From an uncultured archaeon (GTDB lineage Archaea > Asgardarchaeota > Heimdallarchaeia > Heimdallarchaeales > Heimdallarchaeaceae), in NCBI GenBank assembly GCA_964549075.1, contig CAZJUB010000010.1, positions 1,575 through 65,574 on the forward strand: 64,000 nucleotides of DNA. The letters run 5' to 3'. Shown here one piece after another: positions 8,941 to 18,375 of the stretch; position 1 is the stretch's first letter, and each line of letters begins with the position of its first letter. A program made the position numbers and the translations under genes. The notes under the pieces are model-generated. The model ran no database searches, was not told the DNA's origin, and saw only the letters and a list, made by a program, of their open reading frames with translations.

Positions 8941-10107
8941 ATGTCTGAGAGAGATGTAGTAGTAGAAGCAAAAAATTTGATAAAATTATTTCCTGTTAAA
9001 AGTGGAATTGTTAGATCTGTTGCACGTAAAAGTACAACTATCCCAATAAAAGAAACTCAAGGAAAAACCACATATAAAACATTGAAGGGAGATTTTGTTC
9101 ATGCAGTCGATGGAGTTTCATTTAAGATTTACAAAGGAGAGACTTTTGGTCTTGTAGGCGAGAGTGGATGTGGAAAATCAACTACAGGATTATTACTTCT
9201 TCAACTTCTAGATAGAACCGGTGGAGGTATTTTCTTCAAAGATGTTGAAACTTCAGAGTATACACGAGCACATCTATGGATGAACACTATCATCAATTTC
9301 AGTAAATTTCTAATAGGAAGGTCAAGTTGGAATGATGTTAGGAAAACTTTTCAGCATTATTCTTCTCAAGTAAGATTATTCAGAAAGAATATTCAGATTA
9401 TTTTCCAGAATCCATACGAATCATTAAGTCCTCGATTTAATGTTCTTGACACAGTTGCAGAACCGTTAAGGTTAATGCATATAGTCGAAGATGAAAGGGA
9501 AATAGAGGAGTTAGTCATTAAGGAATTAGAGGAAGTTGGTTTAACACCAGGAACAGAATTTCTAGACAGATATCCGCACGAATTAAGCGGTGGTCAAAGA
9601 CAAAGAGTAGGAGTAGCTAGAGCTTTTATATTAGATCCAGAATTTGTTGTAGCTGATGAACCAGTATCAATGCTTGATGTTTCCATTCGAGTTGGGGTTC
9701 TGAAAATAATGCAAGCTCTAACTAGGAGTAGAGGAACAGGATTTCTCTTCATAACTCATGATCTCGCTCTAGCTAGACATATGTGTGATAGAATAGCTGT
9801 TATGTACTTGGGACGAATCGTTGAACAAGGACCTACAGAAGAACTAGTTCATAGACCATTGCATCCTTATACAAAAGCTTTGATCAAAGCAGTGCCAAAG
9901 GCAGATCCAGATGCAAGAAGAACTGAAGATTTACCAATTAAAGGAGAAGTACCTAGTGGAATAAATATTCCGCCAGGATGCAGATTCCAATCTAGATGCC
10001 CATATTCAACAGAAAAATGTAAGGAAATAGATCCGAAATTGGAACTAGTAAAAACCGATCATCTAGTTGCATGTATAAGAGTGAAAGAGATAAATGATCT
10101 AAAATGA
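8941..10107 (+). CDS. ABC transporter ATP-binding protein (OppF/DppF-like)
   Basis: Walker A GESGCGKST, signature LSGGQRQR, Walker B FVVADEP, and C-terminal CRFQSRCP. Confidence 0.9.
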   Translation: MSERDVVVEAKNLIKLFPVKSGIVRSVARKSTTIPIKETQGKTTYKTLKGDFVHAVDGVSFKIYKGETFGLVGESGCGKSTTGLLLLQLLDRTGGGIFFKDVETSEYTRAHLWMNTIINFSKFLIGRSSWNDVRKTFQHYSSQVRLFRKNIQIIFQNPYESLSPRFNVLDTVAEPLRLMHIVEDEREIEELVIKELEEVGLTPGTEFLDRYPHELSGGQRQRVGVARAFILDPEFVVADEPVSMLDVSIRVGVLKIMQALTRSRGTGFLFITHDLALARHMCDRIAVMYLGRIVEQGPTEELVHRPLHPYTKALIKAVPKADPDARRTEDLPIKGEVPSGINIPPGCRFQSRCPYSTEKCKEIDPKLELVKTDHLVACIRVKEINDLK

Positions 10108-12281
10108 GCTTAGTATTAAAAGAAAAACTAGAAAACCTGATGAGTAAAGGTGATTATAGGAAGGCTTATGAGTTAATAGAGAAAACTCAAAGCCAAAATA
10201 CTTTTTCTGAAGAGGATCAGCTTATTTTAAATTGCAAAAAATGTCGTGTATTAAGATACCTAGGAGATTTTGAAGAATTAATTAAAATATCTCAACAAGT
10301 TCAATCCAAAGCAAAAATTCTCAAAAAAAACGCAATTCAATTAGATGCATTATTACTGGAAATCTTTGCACATTATAGATTGAATAAGGTTGAATATGTT
10401 TTAGATTTAATTGATAAAGCAGATAGTCTCTTACTCAAACTCAAAAAAGGAGATATTTCTTCACTCATGACTCGACTATTGAATTACAAAGTTTATGCAA
10501 ACATAACTAATGGAGATTTTGACAAAGCACATGTTTATGCACAAGAGAACTTCATATTATGCAAAGAACTGAATAATAAAGAATTATTAGCAACTGCTTA
10601 CTATATCAACGGATGGATGTACATGCATAAAGGCGATATGCGTAAATCTGCAGAAAATTATAAAATGAGTCTTGATATAAGAGAAGAACTTAATAATAAT
10701 CCTTATGACTTATCGCATTCTCTTTTCGGATTAGGTTATGTTTACAGAAATTTGGGAGAATTTGACGCTGCTTTCTCCTGCTTAAGCAGATGTAAGGAAA
10801 TTAGAGAGAAGATAGGTAATAAACAAGATATTGTATGGACTTCTCTTAACCTTGGAGATGTTTTTTATGCGAAAAATAATGCAAGAAAAGCTCAAGAATA
10901 CTATGAAGATTCATTGCTATTAAGTCAAAAAATGAACTACATTTATGGTATTTTATTTTCTCTAAGAAGACTTAGTTCAGTTTATGAAAATCTCAAAGAA
11001 CCACAACTTGTTAGGGATACGTTGGAGAAAGCTCTTTATTATTCAAAGCAACTTGAAGATGTTGATTCAGAAGTCTATAGTCTTTTTGATTTGATAAAAT
11101 ATTGTATAGAAAATAAAATTGAAATAGATAAGCTAGAGAATTTCCTATCTCGTTTGCGAATAATTAATGAGACCTATAACAATAAAATCTTCGATACGAT
11201 CTATAGGTTATCTCAAGCACTTTTACTTAAATCGGAAAGAGGTAAACATAACAAAGATAAAGCTAGGAATTTATTTAAAGAGATATCCGAGGAAGATATT
11301 ATAATTTTTGAATTTACAAAGATTGCTATGCACAATTACAGCGTTCTTCTAGCAGAAGAATTGAAAAGATATCTTGATGAAGGGACTATTTCAAGTCAAT
11401 TAACTGATTTATCTGAGAGAATGGAATCTAGTACTCTACATCGATCTTATACACAAGTCGCAGAAAATTTCTTAGATTTAAGCCAAGTCGCACTAGAAGA
11501 TATAAATATTAGTAAAGCACGGGAGTTATTAAGAAATGCTCAATATCTCTGTGATTTCTTAAATCTTTACAATAAAGGTTCTACTCCTTTTAGGATAATT
11601 TACACTCTATACATTAAAGAGAGAAATCTTAATGAATTAAGTAAAATTCTGAAAATAACTAAAGGAGCTCTAAGCACTCAGTTAAAATTATTAATTGATT
11701 TAGATATTGTAAGAATCTCAAGAGAGGAGCAGGTAAGATCAGCTACAATGCTCAAGAAATATTATACACTTGGCACCAAAGGTCTTGAACTTCTCAAACC
11801 TTTAAGGATTCAACTTTGTGATAGTTTAAGTGTAGAAAACAGCGATCCTGATATTTTGATTGATAGTTTAATGAAACCAAGGCTTCTATTAAAGATTATT
11901 AGAGATACTACAAATCTTACTGATAATTTCCAAGATTTCTTGGAAGAACAAGTTTTTCTAAAACCTACAGGTAAAAAACAAATAGAAAACAATGCATCTA
12001 TGCTGAAGGATGTTAAGAAAATACTTGGAGTAACAACTGATGTGAGTGTAGATCAATTTCTTTTAACTGAAAAACAATACAAAATTTATAAAAAGTATTG
12101 GAAAGAATTTTCAGAGAAAATTCAGAAAGAAGTCATTGTGGAAGATATTAATTCTCCGAAATATCACTCAATAGAAAAACCAATTTACGTTGCAAATATT
12201 ACACTTCCTCTAAACGATTTAATGGCTCTTGAGAGATATCAGTTAAAAAAACAAAAGTTGAATGAAAAAAATAAAGACTAA
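10104..12281 (+). CDS. TPR-repeat protein with a C-terminal winged helix-turn-helix domain
   Basis: The N-terminal ~400 aa are TPR-like (repeated A/Y/G-spaced helices, e.g. ATAYYINGWMYMHKGDMRKSAENYKMSL and LFGLGYVYRNLGEFDAAFSCL). The wHTH is near NLNELSKILKITKGALSTQLKLLIDLDIVRI...ATMLKKYYTL. The ATG overlaps the oppF-like TGA (ATGA). Confidence 0.7.
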   Translation: MSLVLKEKLENLMSKGDYRKAYELIEKTQSQNTFSEEDQLILNCKKCRVLRYLGDFEELIKISQQVQSKAKILKKNAIQLDALLLEIFAHYRLNKVEYVLDLIDKADSLLLKLKKGDISSLMTRLLNYKVYANITNGDFDKAHVYAQENFILCKELNNKELLATAYYINGWMYMHKGDMRKSAENYKMSLDIREELNNNPYDLSHSLFGLGYVYRNLGEFDAAFSCLSRCKEIREKIGNKQDIVWTSLNLGDVFYAKNNARKAQEYYEDSLLLSQKMNYIYGILFSLRRLSSVYENLKEPQLVRDTLEKALYYSKQLEDVDSEVYSLFDLIKYCIENKIEIDKLENFLSRLRIINETYNNKIFDTIYRLSQALLLKSERGKHNKDKARNLFKEISEEDIIIFEFTKIAMHNYSVLLAEELKRYLDEGTISSQLTDLSERMESSTLHRSYTQVAENFLDLSQVALEDINISKARELLRNAQYLCDFLNLYNKGSTPFRIIYTLYIKERNLNELSKILKITKGALSTQLKLLIDLDIVRISREEQVRSATMLKKYYTLGTKGLELLKPLRIQLCDSLSVENSDPDILIDSLMKPRLLLKIIRDTTNLTDNFQDFLEEQVFLKPTGKKQIENNASMLKDVKKILGVTTDVSVDQFLLTEKQYKIYKKYWKEFSEKIQKEVIVEDINSPKYHSIEKPIYVANITLPLNDLMALERYQLKKQKLNEKNKD

Positions 12282-12292
12282 AAAATCAGATT

Positions 12293-13339
12293 TCATTTAT
12301 TTCTTAAGGATCTTCTAAAAGCTAGAACTGCTTCTAAAACAACGAAAAATAATGCTGAATAACTTAGGAAGACGTAAAGTATAACACGATCAGCATAACC
12401 TCCATATTGATCGCTACTTAAATGATAATAAACAATTGCATCACCGATTTGGTAAAATGGAGCTAAATAATCATACAACTTATTATATTCATATTTACCT
12501 TGGTTTTCAATACCGAACTGATTAATTACAATTTCTGTGCTATAATTTCTTAAAGTATTCATAACAGCTTCTTTTGAGAAATCTGTTATATTAATAGCTG
12601 TCCATGCAAACACTCTTCCTCCATCTTGTTTCGCTGGAGAGTGCATATCTGTTCCTGAAATCATTCCAACGGTATTATTATGACTTTTAACAAAATTATA
12701 GGATCCCTCATCGAAATCTAGTCCATTCATGACTTCAAAATAGTCCACCCCCCAGCTCTATAAAAGCTCGTTAGAAGGGACATTTTCTTCTGAAGTTCTT
12801 CTTGTATATCCAGGATGATTAAATGTGACTGTGCCATTTTGTCTATGTACTTCATCTATTGCTTGTCGTATTTCATCGTTGTTAGGATTCCATGGGATCT
12901 CAAGAGTCCAATTTTTTATACCTATAAAATTCAAATGAACACGATTTGTTGTCCATTCCATCCCTTGAATTACAATACACCTATTAGCATATTCATTGGC
13001 GAGTAATTGAATTTCCTCCGAATTTTTTAGAGTATTATGGTCAGAGATAACTACTACTTTAAATCCTAAAGCTAAATGCCATTCAATATTTTGTCGAACA
13101 GTAAGTTTACCATCACTATATTTTGTATGAGAATGTTGATCCAATAATAAATCATATTTTACATCTGTTTGGGGAACATAAGGAGTTGAATCTTTCCAAC
13201 TATCGTCTGAATAGATGTATCTTGGAGGACCATACACTTTTAACAGCACACTTCCAGCAGCTATCAGTGCTACTATGAATAAGTAAATTGCTAAGTGAAA
13301 AGAAAACCTTCTCAGACTCCTAAATATGTCCATTATCAA
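12293..13339 (-). pseudogene. Membrane-anchored PHP-domain phosphoesterase interrupted by one in-frame TAG (pseudogene, sequencing error or recoded gene)
   Basis: ORFs 12758-13339 and 12293-12748 are in the same frame. The minus-strand reading is ...SNELL-TAG-SWGVDYFEVMNG..., with the TAG at 12760-12758. PHP motifs DQHSHTKYSDG, SDHN, FNHPG and GTDMHSP span the stop. There are N- and C-terminal TM helices. Confidence 0.65.
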
Positions 13340-13407
13340 AAGCTACTTACAAATGTTAAAAAACATTAAGATTAAACAAAAAAATAGAAAAAAGTTAAGA
13401 AAACAGG

Positions 13408-14577
13408 TTATTTTCTTATTCTTCTTTTTTTATGTAATATTGTGGCAAAACTTATAGCTACGAAAATTGCAGAGACTCCAATATAACTACTCGCACTTGT
13501 TGAAGTTGGAGTAATTAGTATTGAAGGATCCAGAACTGCTCTTACAGCTTTTGAAGCGTTAAGTAAACCATATCCAAAATAAATATCCTTACCAGGATCA
13601 CCTAAATCGGTTGCTGATTTATACAAAATATTCTTTATGTCATCAACTGTTAAAGAATTGTTTAGACTTTTCATTAAAGCAATAACAGCAGCTACTTGCG
13701 GACAAGCAAACGAAGTCCCCCAGCCAGTATAATACGTATCAGGAGGTGCACAACTTCGAATATCTACAGCATTTTCATCGCCAACTGGAGCAACAAGATC
13801 TGTCCATTCTCCATAATTACTGTAATCAGCTTTATTTTTAATAACGTTGGTAGCTCCAACATCTATAACTTCCTCATAAGCTCCAGGAAATGACATATAC
13901 TCTTGACCACCAGTTGGTAACCAAGTATTCCCTGTAACGGAAACTACAGGAACATTTTGGCTAATTGCATATACAATATCATCATAATAGTCTGTGCTGT
14001 TAGGGTAGTATTGAAGACTCAAACTTATTACAGCAGCACCATTATCTACAGCATATCTAATAGCTTTACCAAAATCCTCCATAGTAACCCCATTATAGTT
14101 ATCTGCGAGTAAGACCCTAATGTTCATTACTGTTACATTTGGTGCTACACCGACTACTCCTTGACCATCTTTAGGAGCAGCAATTATTCCAGCAATAAAA
14201 GTAGCATGCCAATGTGTTGGATCATCAGGTGTTGGAAAAGGTTCACTATCATTAGATACAAAGTCCCAGCCATATCGATCATCTACATATCCGTTTCCGT
14301 CATCATCTATCGAATTATTGTAAATTTCATCAGTGTTAATCCATTCTGTAGTATTAAGGTCAGGATGGTTAAAATCTATCCCTGAATCTATAACTGCAAC
14401 AGTTATATCTTTAGTTCCTTGAGTAATTTCCCAAGCATCTGCAGAATCTATCTGGGTGTGATGAAAAGAACCCTCGTAATTTACTGCAATAACAGTACTA
14501 GTTTTAAAGAAGTTTACTCCAAACAAAATACCAAAAATAATTAACGTTGATATTAAATACTTCTTATTATTTTTCAT
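13408..14577 (-). CDS. Subtilisin-like serine protease (peptidase S8), secreted and C-terminally anchored
   Basis: Catalytic triad contexts VAVIDSGID, HATFIAG and GTSFACPQVA. N-terminal signal/TM segment. C-terminal helix plus the tail KKRRIRK. Confidence 0.85.
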   Translation of the reverse strand: MKNNKKYLISTLIIFGILFGVNFFKTSTVIAVNYEGSFHHTQIDSADAWEITQGTKDITVAVIDSGIDFNHPDLNTTEWINTDEIYNNSIDDDGNGYVDDRYGWDFVSNDSEPFPTPDDPTHWHATFIAGIIAAPKDGQGVVGVAPNVTVMNIRVLLADNYNGVTMEDFGKAIRYAVDNGAAVISLSLQYYPNSTDYYDDIVYAISQNVPVVSVTGNTWLPTGGQEYMSFPGAYEEVIDVGATNVIKNKADYSNYGEWTDLVAPVGDENAVDIRSCAPPDTYYTGWGTSFACPQVAAVIALMKSLNNSLTVDDIKNILYKSATDLGDPGKDIYFGYGLLNASKAVRAVLDPSILITPTSTSASSYIGVSAIFVAISFATILHKKRRIRK

Positions 14578-14722
14578 GATTATAAGACTTCATAGTAGTA
14601 CAAAAAGCTTATGCATACAAATAGTAAAAACCTATTCATTTTGATATCCTTAGCGTTTTTTTAAAGAATTTTAAAATTTCAGTTTTTGTTCAAACTCAAC
14701 TATTATTAAATACATCAAGAGA

Positions 14723-15550
14723 TTGCATCACAAGATGATTAGTGAACAAATAAATAATCTTAACCAGTACTTTAAAGATAAAAAAGTGGTTATAGCATTT
14801 TCAGGAGGTATCGATAGTACAGTACTCCTTGAATTTGCTTTGCAATCTGCAAAAGAAGTACTAGCTGTCACCGTTAAATCTAGTCTTGTACCTATGGATG
14901 AGATGGATTTTGCGGTTCGATATCTTCAATCAAGAGATATTCCATATAGATTACTTCAAGTTAATCCGTTGGATCATCCTAATGTTGCAAAAAATGATAT
15001 TAAAAGATGTTATTATTGCAAAAGATTGATTTTTGAATCAATTATTGATGAGACAAAGGAATTTAAACCCGATATCATTGTAGAAGGTTCTAATATTTCT
15101 GACTTATCCGATTATCGACCTGGTATGGAAGCTGTTAAAGAATTATCTATAAAGAGCCCATTTCTAGAATTGAATATTTCAAAGAAGGAAATAAGAGGTC
15201 TATCCAAAATTATGAGTTTGGAAATTTCTGAAAAACCTGCTACAACATGTCTTGCTACAAGAATTCCTTATGGTCAAGAAATAACAGAAGAGAGGTTAAA
15301 GAAAATCGAATTAGCAGAAAGTATCATCAAAGAGATATTACCAATATCTGTTTTACGAGTAAGGGACCACAAAGAGATTGCCAGAATTGAAGTACTTGAG
15401 GAAGATATGATGAAAATTATGAAATCTGATCATCGGAACTTAATTAGAGAAAAACTAAAACAGTTGGATTTTTCATATATTACCTTAGATTTGGGTGGAT
15501 ATAAGCAAGGTTCAATGAATATTAACATAGAAGGTGTAAAAGATGACTGA
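14723..15550 (+). CDS. larE: PP-loop ATP-utilizing sulfur transferase LarE (NPN cofactor biosynthesis)
   Basis: PP-loop AFSGGIDST, a CYYCK cysteine motif, a size of about 270 aa, and a position upstream of larC and larB. The true start may be the ATG at 14735. Confidence 0.75.
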   Translation: MHHKMISEQINNLNQYFKDKKVVIAFSGGIDSTVLLEFALQSAKEVLAVTVKSSLVPMDEMDFAVRYLQSRDIPYRLLQVNPLDHPNVAKNDIKRCYYCKRLIFESIIDETKEFKPDIIVEGSNISDLSDYRPGMEAVKELSIKSPFLELNISKKEIRGLSKIMSLEISEKPATTCLATRIPYGQEITEERLKKIELAESIIKEILPISVLRVRDHKEIARIEVLEEDMMKIMKSDHRNLIREKLKQLDFSYITLDLGGYKQGSMNINIEGVKDD

Positions 15551-16778
15551 AGTTATAATATTAGATCCACGAAATGCTGGAAGTTCTGGAGATATGTTTC
15601 TTTCTCTTTTCATAGATTTATTTGATGACAAAAATACAATTGAAATCTTAGTAGAAAAAATTAATGAAGTATTTAAATCACAAATGACTGTACAACCACT
15701 AAAAATTAATAAAAACGGGATTCATTCAACTGAATTAGTAATTGATATTAAAAATGATATAGAGAAAAAACATGCATCTGATCTTTTGAGTTATTTTAAA
15801 TTAATTCTCTCAAAACTTGAGATATCAGACAAAGCAGCTCAGCTAGCAGAAAAAACTCTAATCACATTATTTGAAGCAGAAGCTAAGGTCCATGGTGAAG
15901 AAATTGAAAAACTACATTTACATGAAACTGCTAGCTTAGATACAATTTTAGATATTTTAGGGACTGTATTATTGATAGATAGAAACAATGCAATAGATAA
16001 ACAATTTCTAGGATTACCAGTAAATGTAGGAAGTGGATTTGTTACCTTTTCACATGGTAAAATGGCAGTTCCACCACCAGCAGTAAACGAGATTTTAAGA
16101 TCAAAGAATTATCCATTTTTCAGTGATGAAATAAAAGGAGAGATGTTAACTCCAACTGGAGCAGCGATTTTAACAAATTTAGTTTCAAAAACAATTCATT
16201 CATTACCTCCAATCGAGGTAAAGAAGATTGCTTATGGAGCTGGAAGCAAAGATCTAGGAAATAGACCAAATGTAATCAGAGCTATGCAAGGACAAGTAAG
16301 GGAAGAAAGTTCAAAGAACTATTTAACGATGCTTGAAACACATCTAGATGATGTTACAGGAGAAGTATTAGGAGGGATGATGAAAAAACTCTTTGAATAC
16401 CAAGCTCTTGATGTGTCTTATTATCCTATATTCATGAAAAAGAATCGTCCAGCATATGTACTTAGAGTCATTTGTGAAGAAGATAACTCTTCAAAACTTG
16501 CTCAATTAATAATGAAAGATTTAGGAACATTAGGAGTAAGAGAGAGTAGATTTGCAAGATATGAACTAGAAAGAAGAATCATCACTAAAGAATTTTTCAT
16601 TGAAAAACAGAAGTTTACATGCAAATTTAAAGAGAGACTCTTCAAAGGAGAAGTAATAGGAGTAAAACCAGAGTTTAAAGATTTACTTACTATACATGAA
16701 GAGACTAAAATACCTCTAGCTGAATTAGAAAATAGACTTATTAATTTTTATCACATGGGAGATGAATTTTGTGAATAG
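15543..16778 (+). CDS. larC: Nickel insertion protein LarC (DUF111 family)
   Basis: N-terminal DPRNAGSSGDMFLS motif typical of DUF111/LarC. About 410 aa. Overlaps larE by 8 nt. Confidence 0.8.
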   Translation: MTEVIILDPRNAGSSGDMFLSLFIDLFDDKNTIEILVEKINEVFKSQMTVQPLKINKNGIHSTELVIDIKNDIEKKHASDLLSYFKLILSKLEISDKAAQLAEKTLITLFEAEAKVHGEEIEKLHLHETASLDTILDILGTVLLIDRNNAIDKQFLGLPVNVGSGFVTFSHGKMAVPPPAVNEILRSKNYPFFSDEIKGEMLTPTGAAILTNLVSKTIHSLPPIEVKKIAYGAGSKDLGNRPNVIRAMQGQVREESSKNYLTMLETHLDDVTGEVLGGMMKKLFEYQALDVSYYPIFMKKNRPAYVLRVICEEDNSSKLAQLIMKDLGTLGVRESRFARYELERRIITKEFFIEKQKFTCKFKERLFKGEVIGVKPEFKDLLTIHEETKIPLAELENRLINFYHMGDEFCE

Positions 16779-17547
16779 AAAAGAGATTCTAAGTAAACTA
16801 GTTAATAATGAAATTTCAATAGAAGAAGCTGATAGAACCTTATCTTCTACTCAAATTGAAGAGGTTAGTGATATTGCTAATTATGATATTTTTCGAGAGA
16901 GAAGAACAGGCATTCCTGAGATAATTTATGCTGAAAATAAGAGCTCTGAGATGGTAGTTGAAATTGCAAAAAAAGTACTCATAAAAAAACAAATAATACT
17001 GATATCTAGAACTAACGCTGAGCATATTGAAGCTATAAAATCTTTAGAAGGAGACTTTGAAATTGAGTATGGTTATAACAATCATTTCTGTCGAATTAGA
17101 AGAAACGGTTTTTCTATTGAAAAAGATGGTGGAAAAATAGGGATAATTACTGCAGGTACCTCTGACATTCCCGTCGCAAAGGAAGCTAAAGCTATAGCTG
17201 AAATGATGGGGTGTGAAGTATATCTTATCAACGATGTTGGGGTAGCTGGTATTCATAGACTCTTTCAACCTTTAAAGGAACTATTAGAAAAAGAAGTCGA
17301 TGTTCTTATTGTTGCTGCAGGTATGGAAGGAGCTTTACCTACAGTTGTTGCAGGTTTAGTTGATATTCCTGTAATAGGTTTACCAATTTCCACTGGTTAT
17401 GGTTATGGAGGTAAAGGTCAAACTGCATTAATGAGTATGTTACAAACTTGTTCATTGGGTTTAGCAGTTGTAAATATAGATGCAGGAATTAGTGCAGGAG
17501 CAATAGCTGCTAAAATTGCGAATAGAAGATGCAAACAAAAAGATTAA
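16762..17547 (+). CDS. larB: LarB, PurE-like carboxylase/hydrolase making pyridinium-3,5-biscarboxylic acid mononucleotide
   Basis: AIR-carboxylase-like core GIITAGTSDIPVAKEA...VIVAAGMEGALPTVVAG. Overlaps larC by 17 nt. Confidence 0.8.
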   Translation: MNFVNRKEILSKLVNNEISIEEADRTLSSTQIEEVSDIANYDIFRERRTGIPEIIYAENKSSEMVVEIAKKVLIKKQIILISRTNAEHIEAIKSLEGDFEIEYGYNNHFCRIRRNGFSIEKDGGKIGIITAGTSDIPVAKEAKAIAEMMGCEVYLINDVGVAGIHRLFQPLKELLEKEVDVLIVAAGMEGALPTVVAGLVDIPVIGLPISTGYGYGGKGQTALMSMLQTCSLGLAVVNIDAGISAGAIAAKIANRRCKQKD

Positions 17548-17560
17548 ATGATTAATAGAT

Positions 17561-18364
17561 GTGAAAACACTGATGAATGTCGTCATTACTGGAGGATCCC
17601 AAGGAATTGGTTTTGCTTTAGCTAAAGAATTTCTTAATCAAGGAGATAAGGTTGTAATTACATCTCGAAGTAATGAGAAGATTACTGAGAGTAAGAAAAT
17701 ACTCGAAAAAAGTTTTCCAAAAAGCAAAATACTAGGAGTTGAGTGTGATGTTACAAAATCCTCTGACTTAGAAAAATTAGCTGAAGTAGCATTAGAAGCA
17801 TTTGGAAGTATAGATATCTGGATTAATAATGCTGGAACTAGTGGATTTAGCTATCGACCATTAGATAATTGGGATAATGAAACTCTCAAACAGGTTATTG
17901 AAACAAACTTACTTGGAACTTTATATGGTTGCAAAGTGGCAATTAAAGTTATGAAAAATCAAAAACATGGAAAGATTTTCAATTTAGCTGGAATGGGATC
18001 AAAGGGTAGACCTTCACCAAATTTAACTGCTTATGGAGCTTCTAAAGCAGCTATACCTCAAATCACTAAATCTCTCACAAAAGAACTTAAAGACACAGGA
18101 GTAATTATTAATCATATAAGTCCTGGAATAGTTTTAACCGAATTGATAACTACTGATGTCCCAAAACAAGCAATCTCCGTATTTAACATTCTAGCAACTA
18201 GACCTGAAAAAGTAGCCAAATTTCTTGTTAAAAAGATGAGAGCTTCAAAAAGAAGCAATTCTAAAATAAACTACCTCACAAGAAGAAAAGCTTTCTGGAG
18301 ATTCATGACTGCAGTTTTAAGAAAAGGAAAATACTTTGATGAGGAAGGAAATTTCAAAGGATAA
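17561..18364 (+). CDS. Short-chain dehydrogenase/reductase (SDR)
   Basis: TGGSQGIG cofactor motif, NNAG, and catalytic YGASKAA. The likely true start is the ATG at 17573 (MNVVITGG). Confidence 0.85.
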   Translation: MKTLMNVVITGGSQGIGFALAKEFLNQGDKVVITSRSNEKITESKKILEKSFPKSKILGVECDVTKSSDLEKLAEVALEAFGSIDIWINNAGTSGFSYRPLDNWDNETLKQVIETNLLGTLYGCKVAIKVMKNQKHGKIFNLAGMGSKGRPSPNLTAYGASKAAIPQITKSLTKELKDTGVIINHISPGIVLTELITTDVPKQAISVFNILATRPEKVAKFLVKKMRASKRSNSKINYLTRRKAFWRFMTAVLRKGKYFDEEGNFKG

Positions 18365-18375
18365 AATGAGATTAT

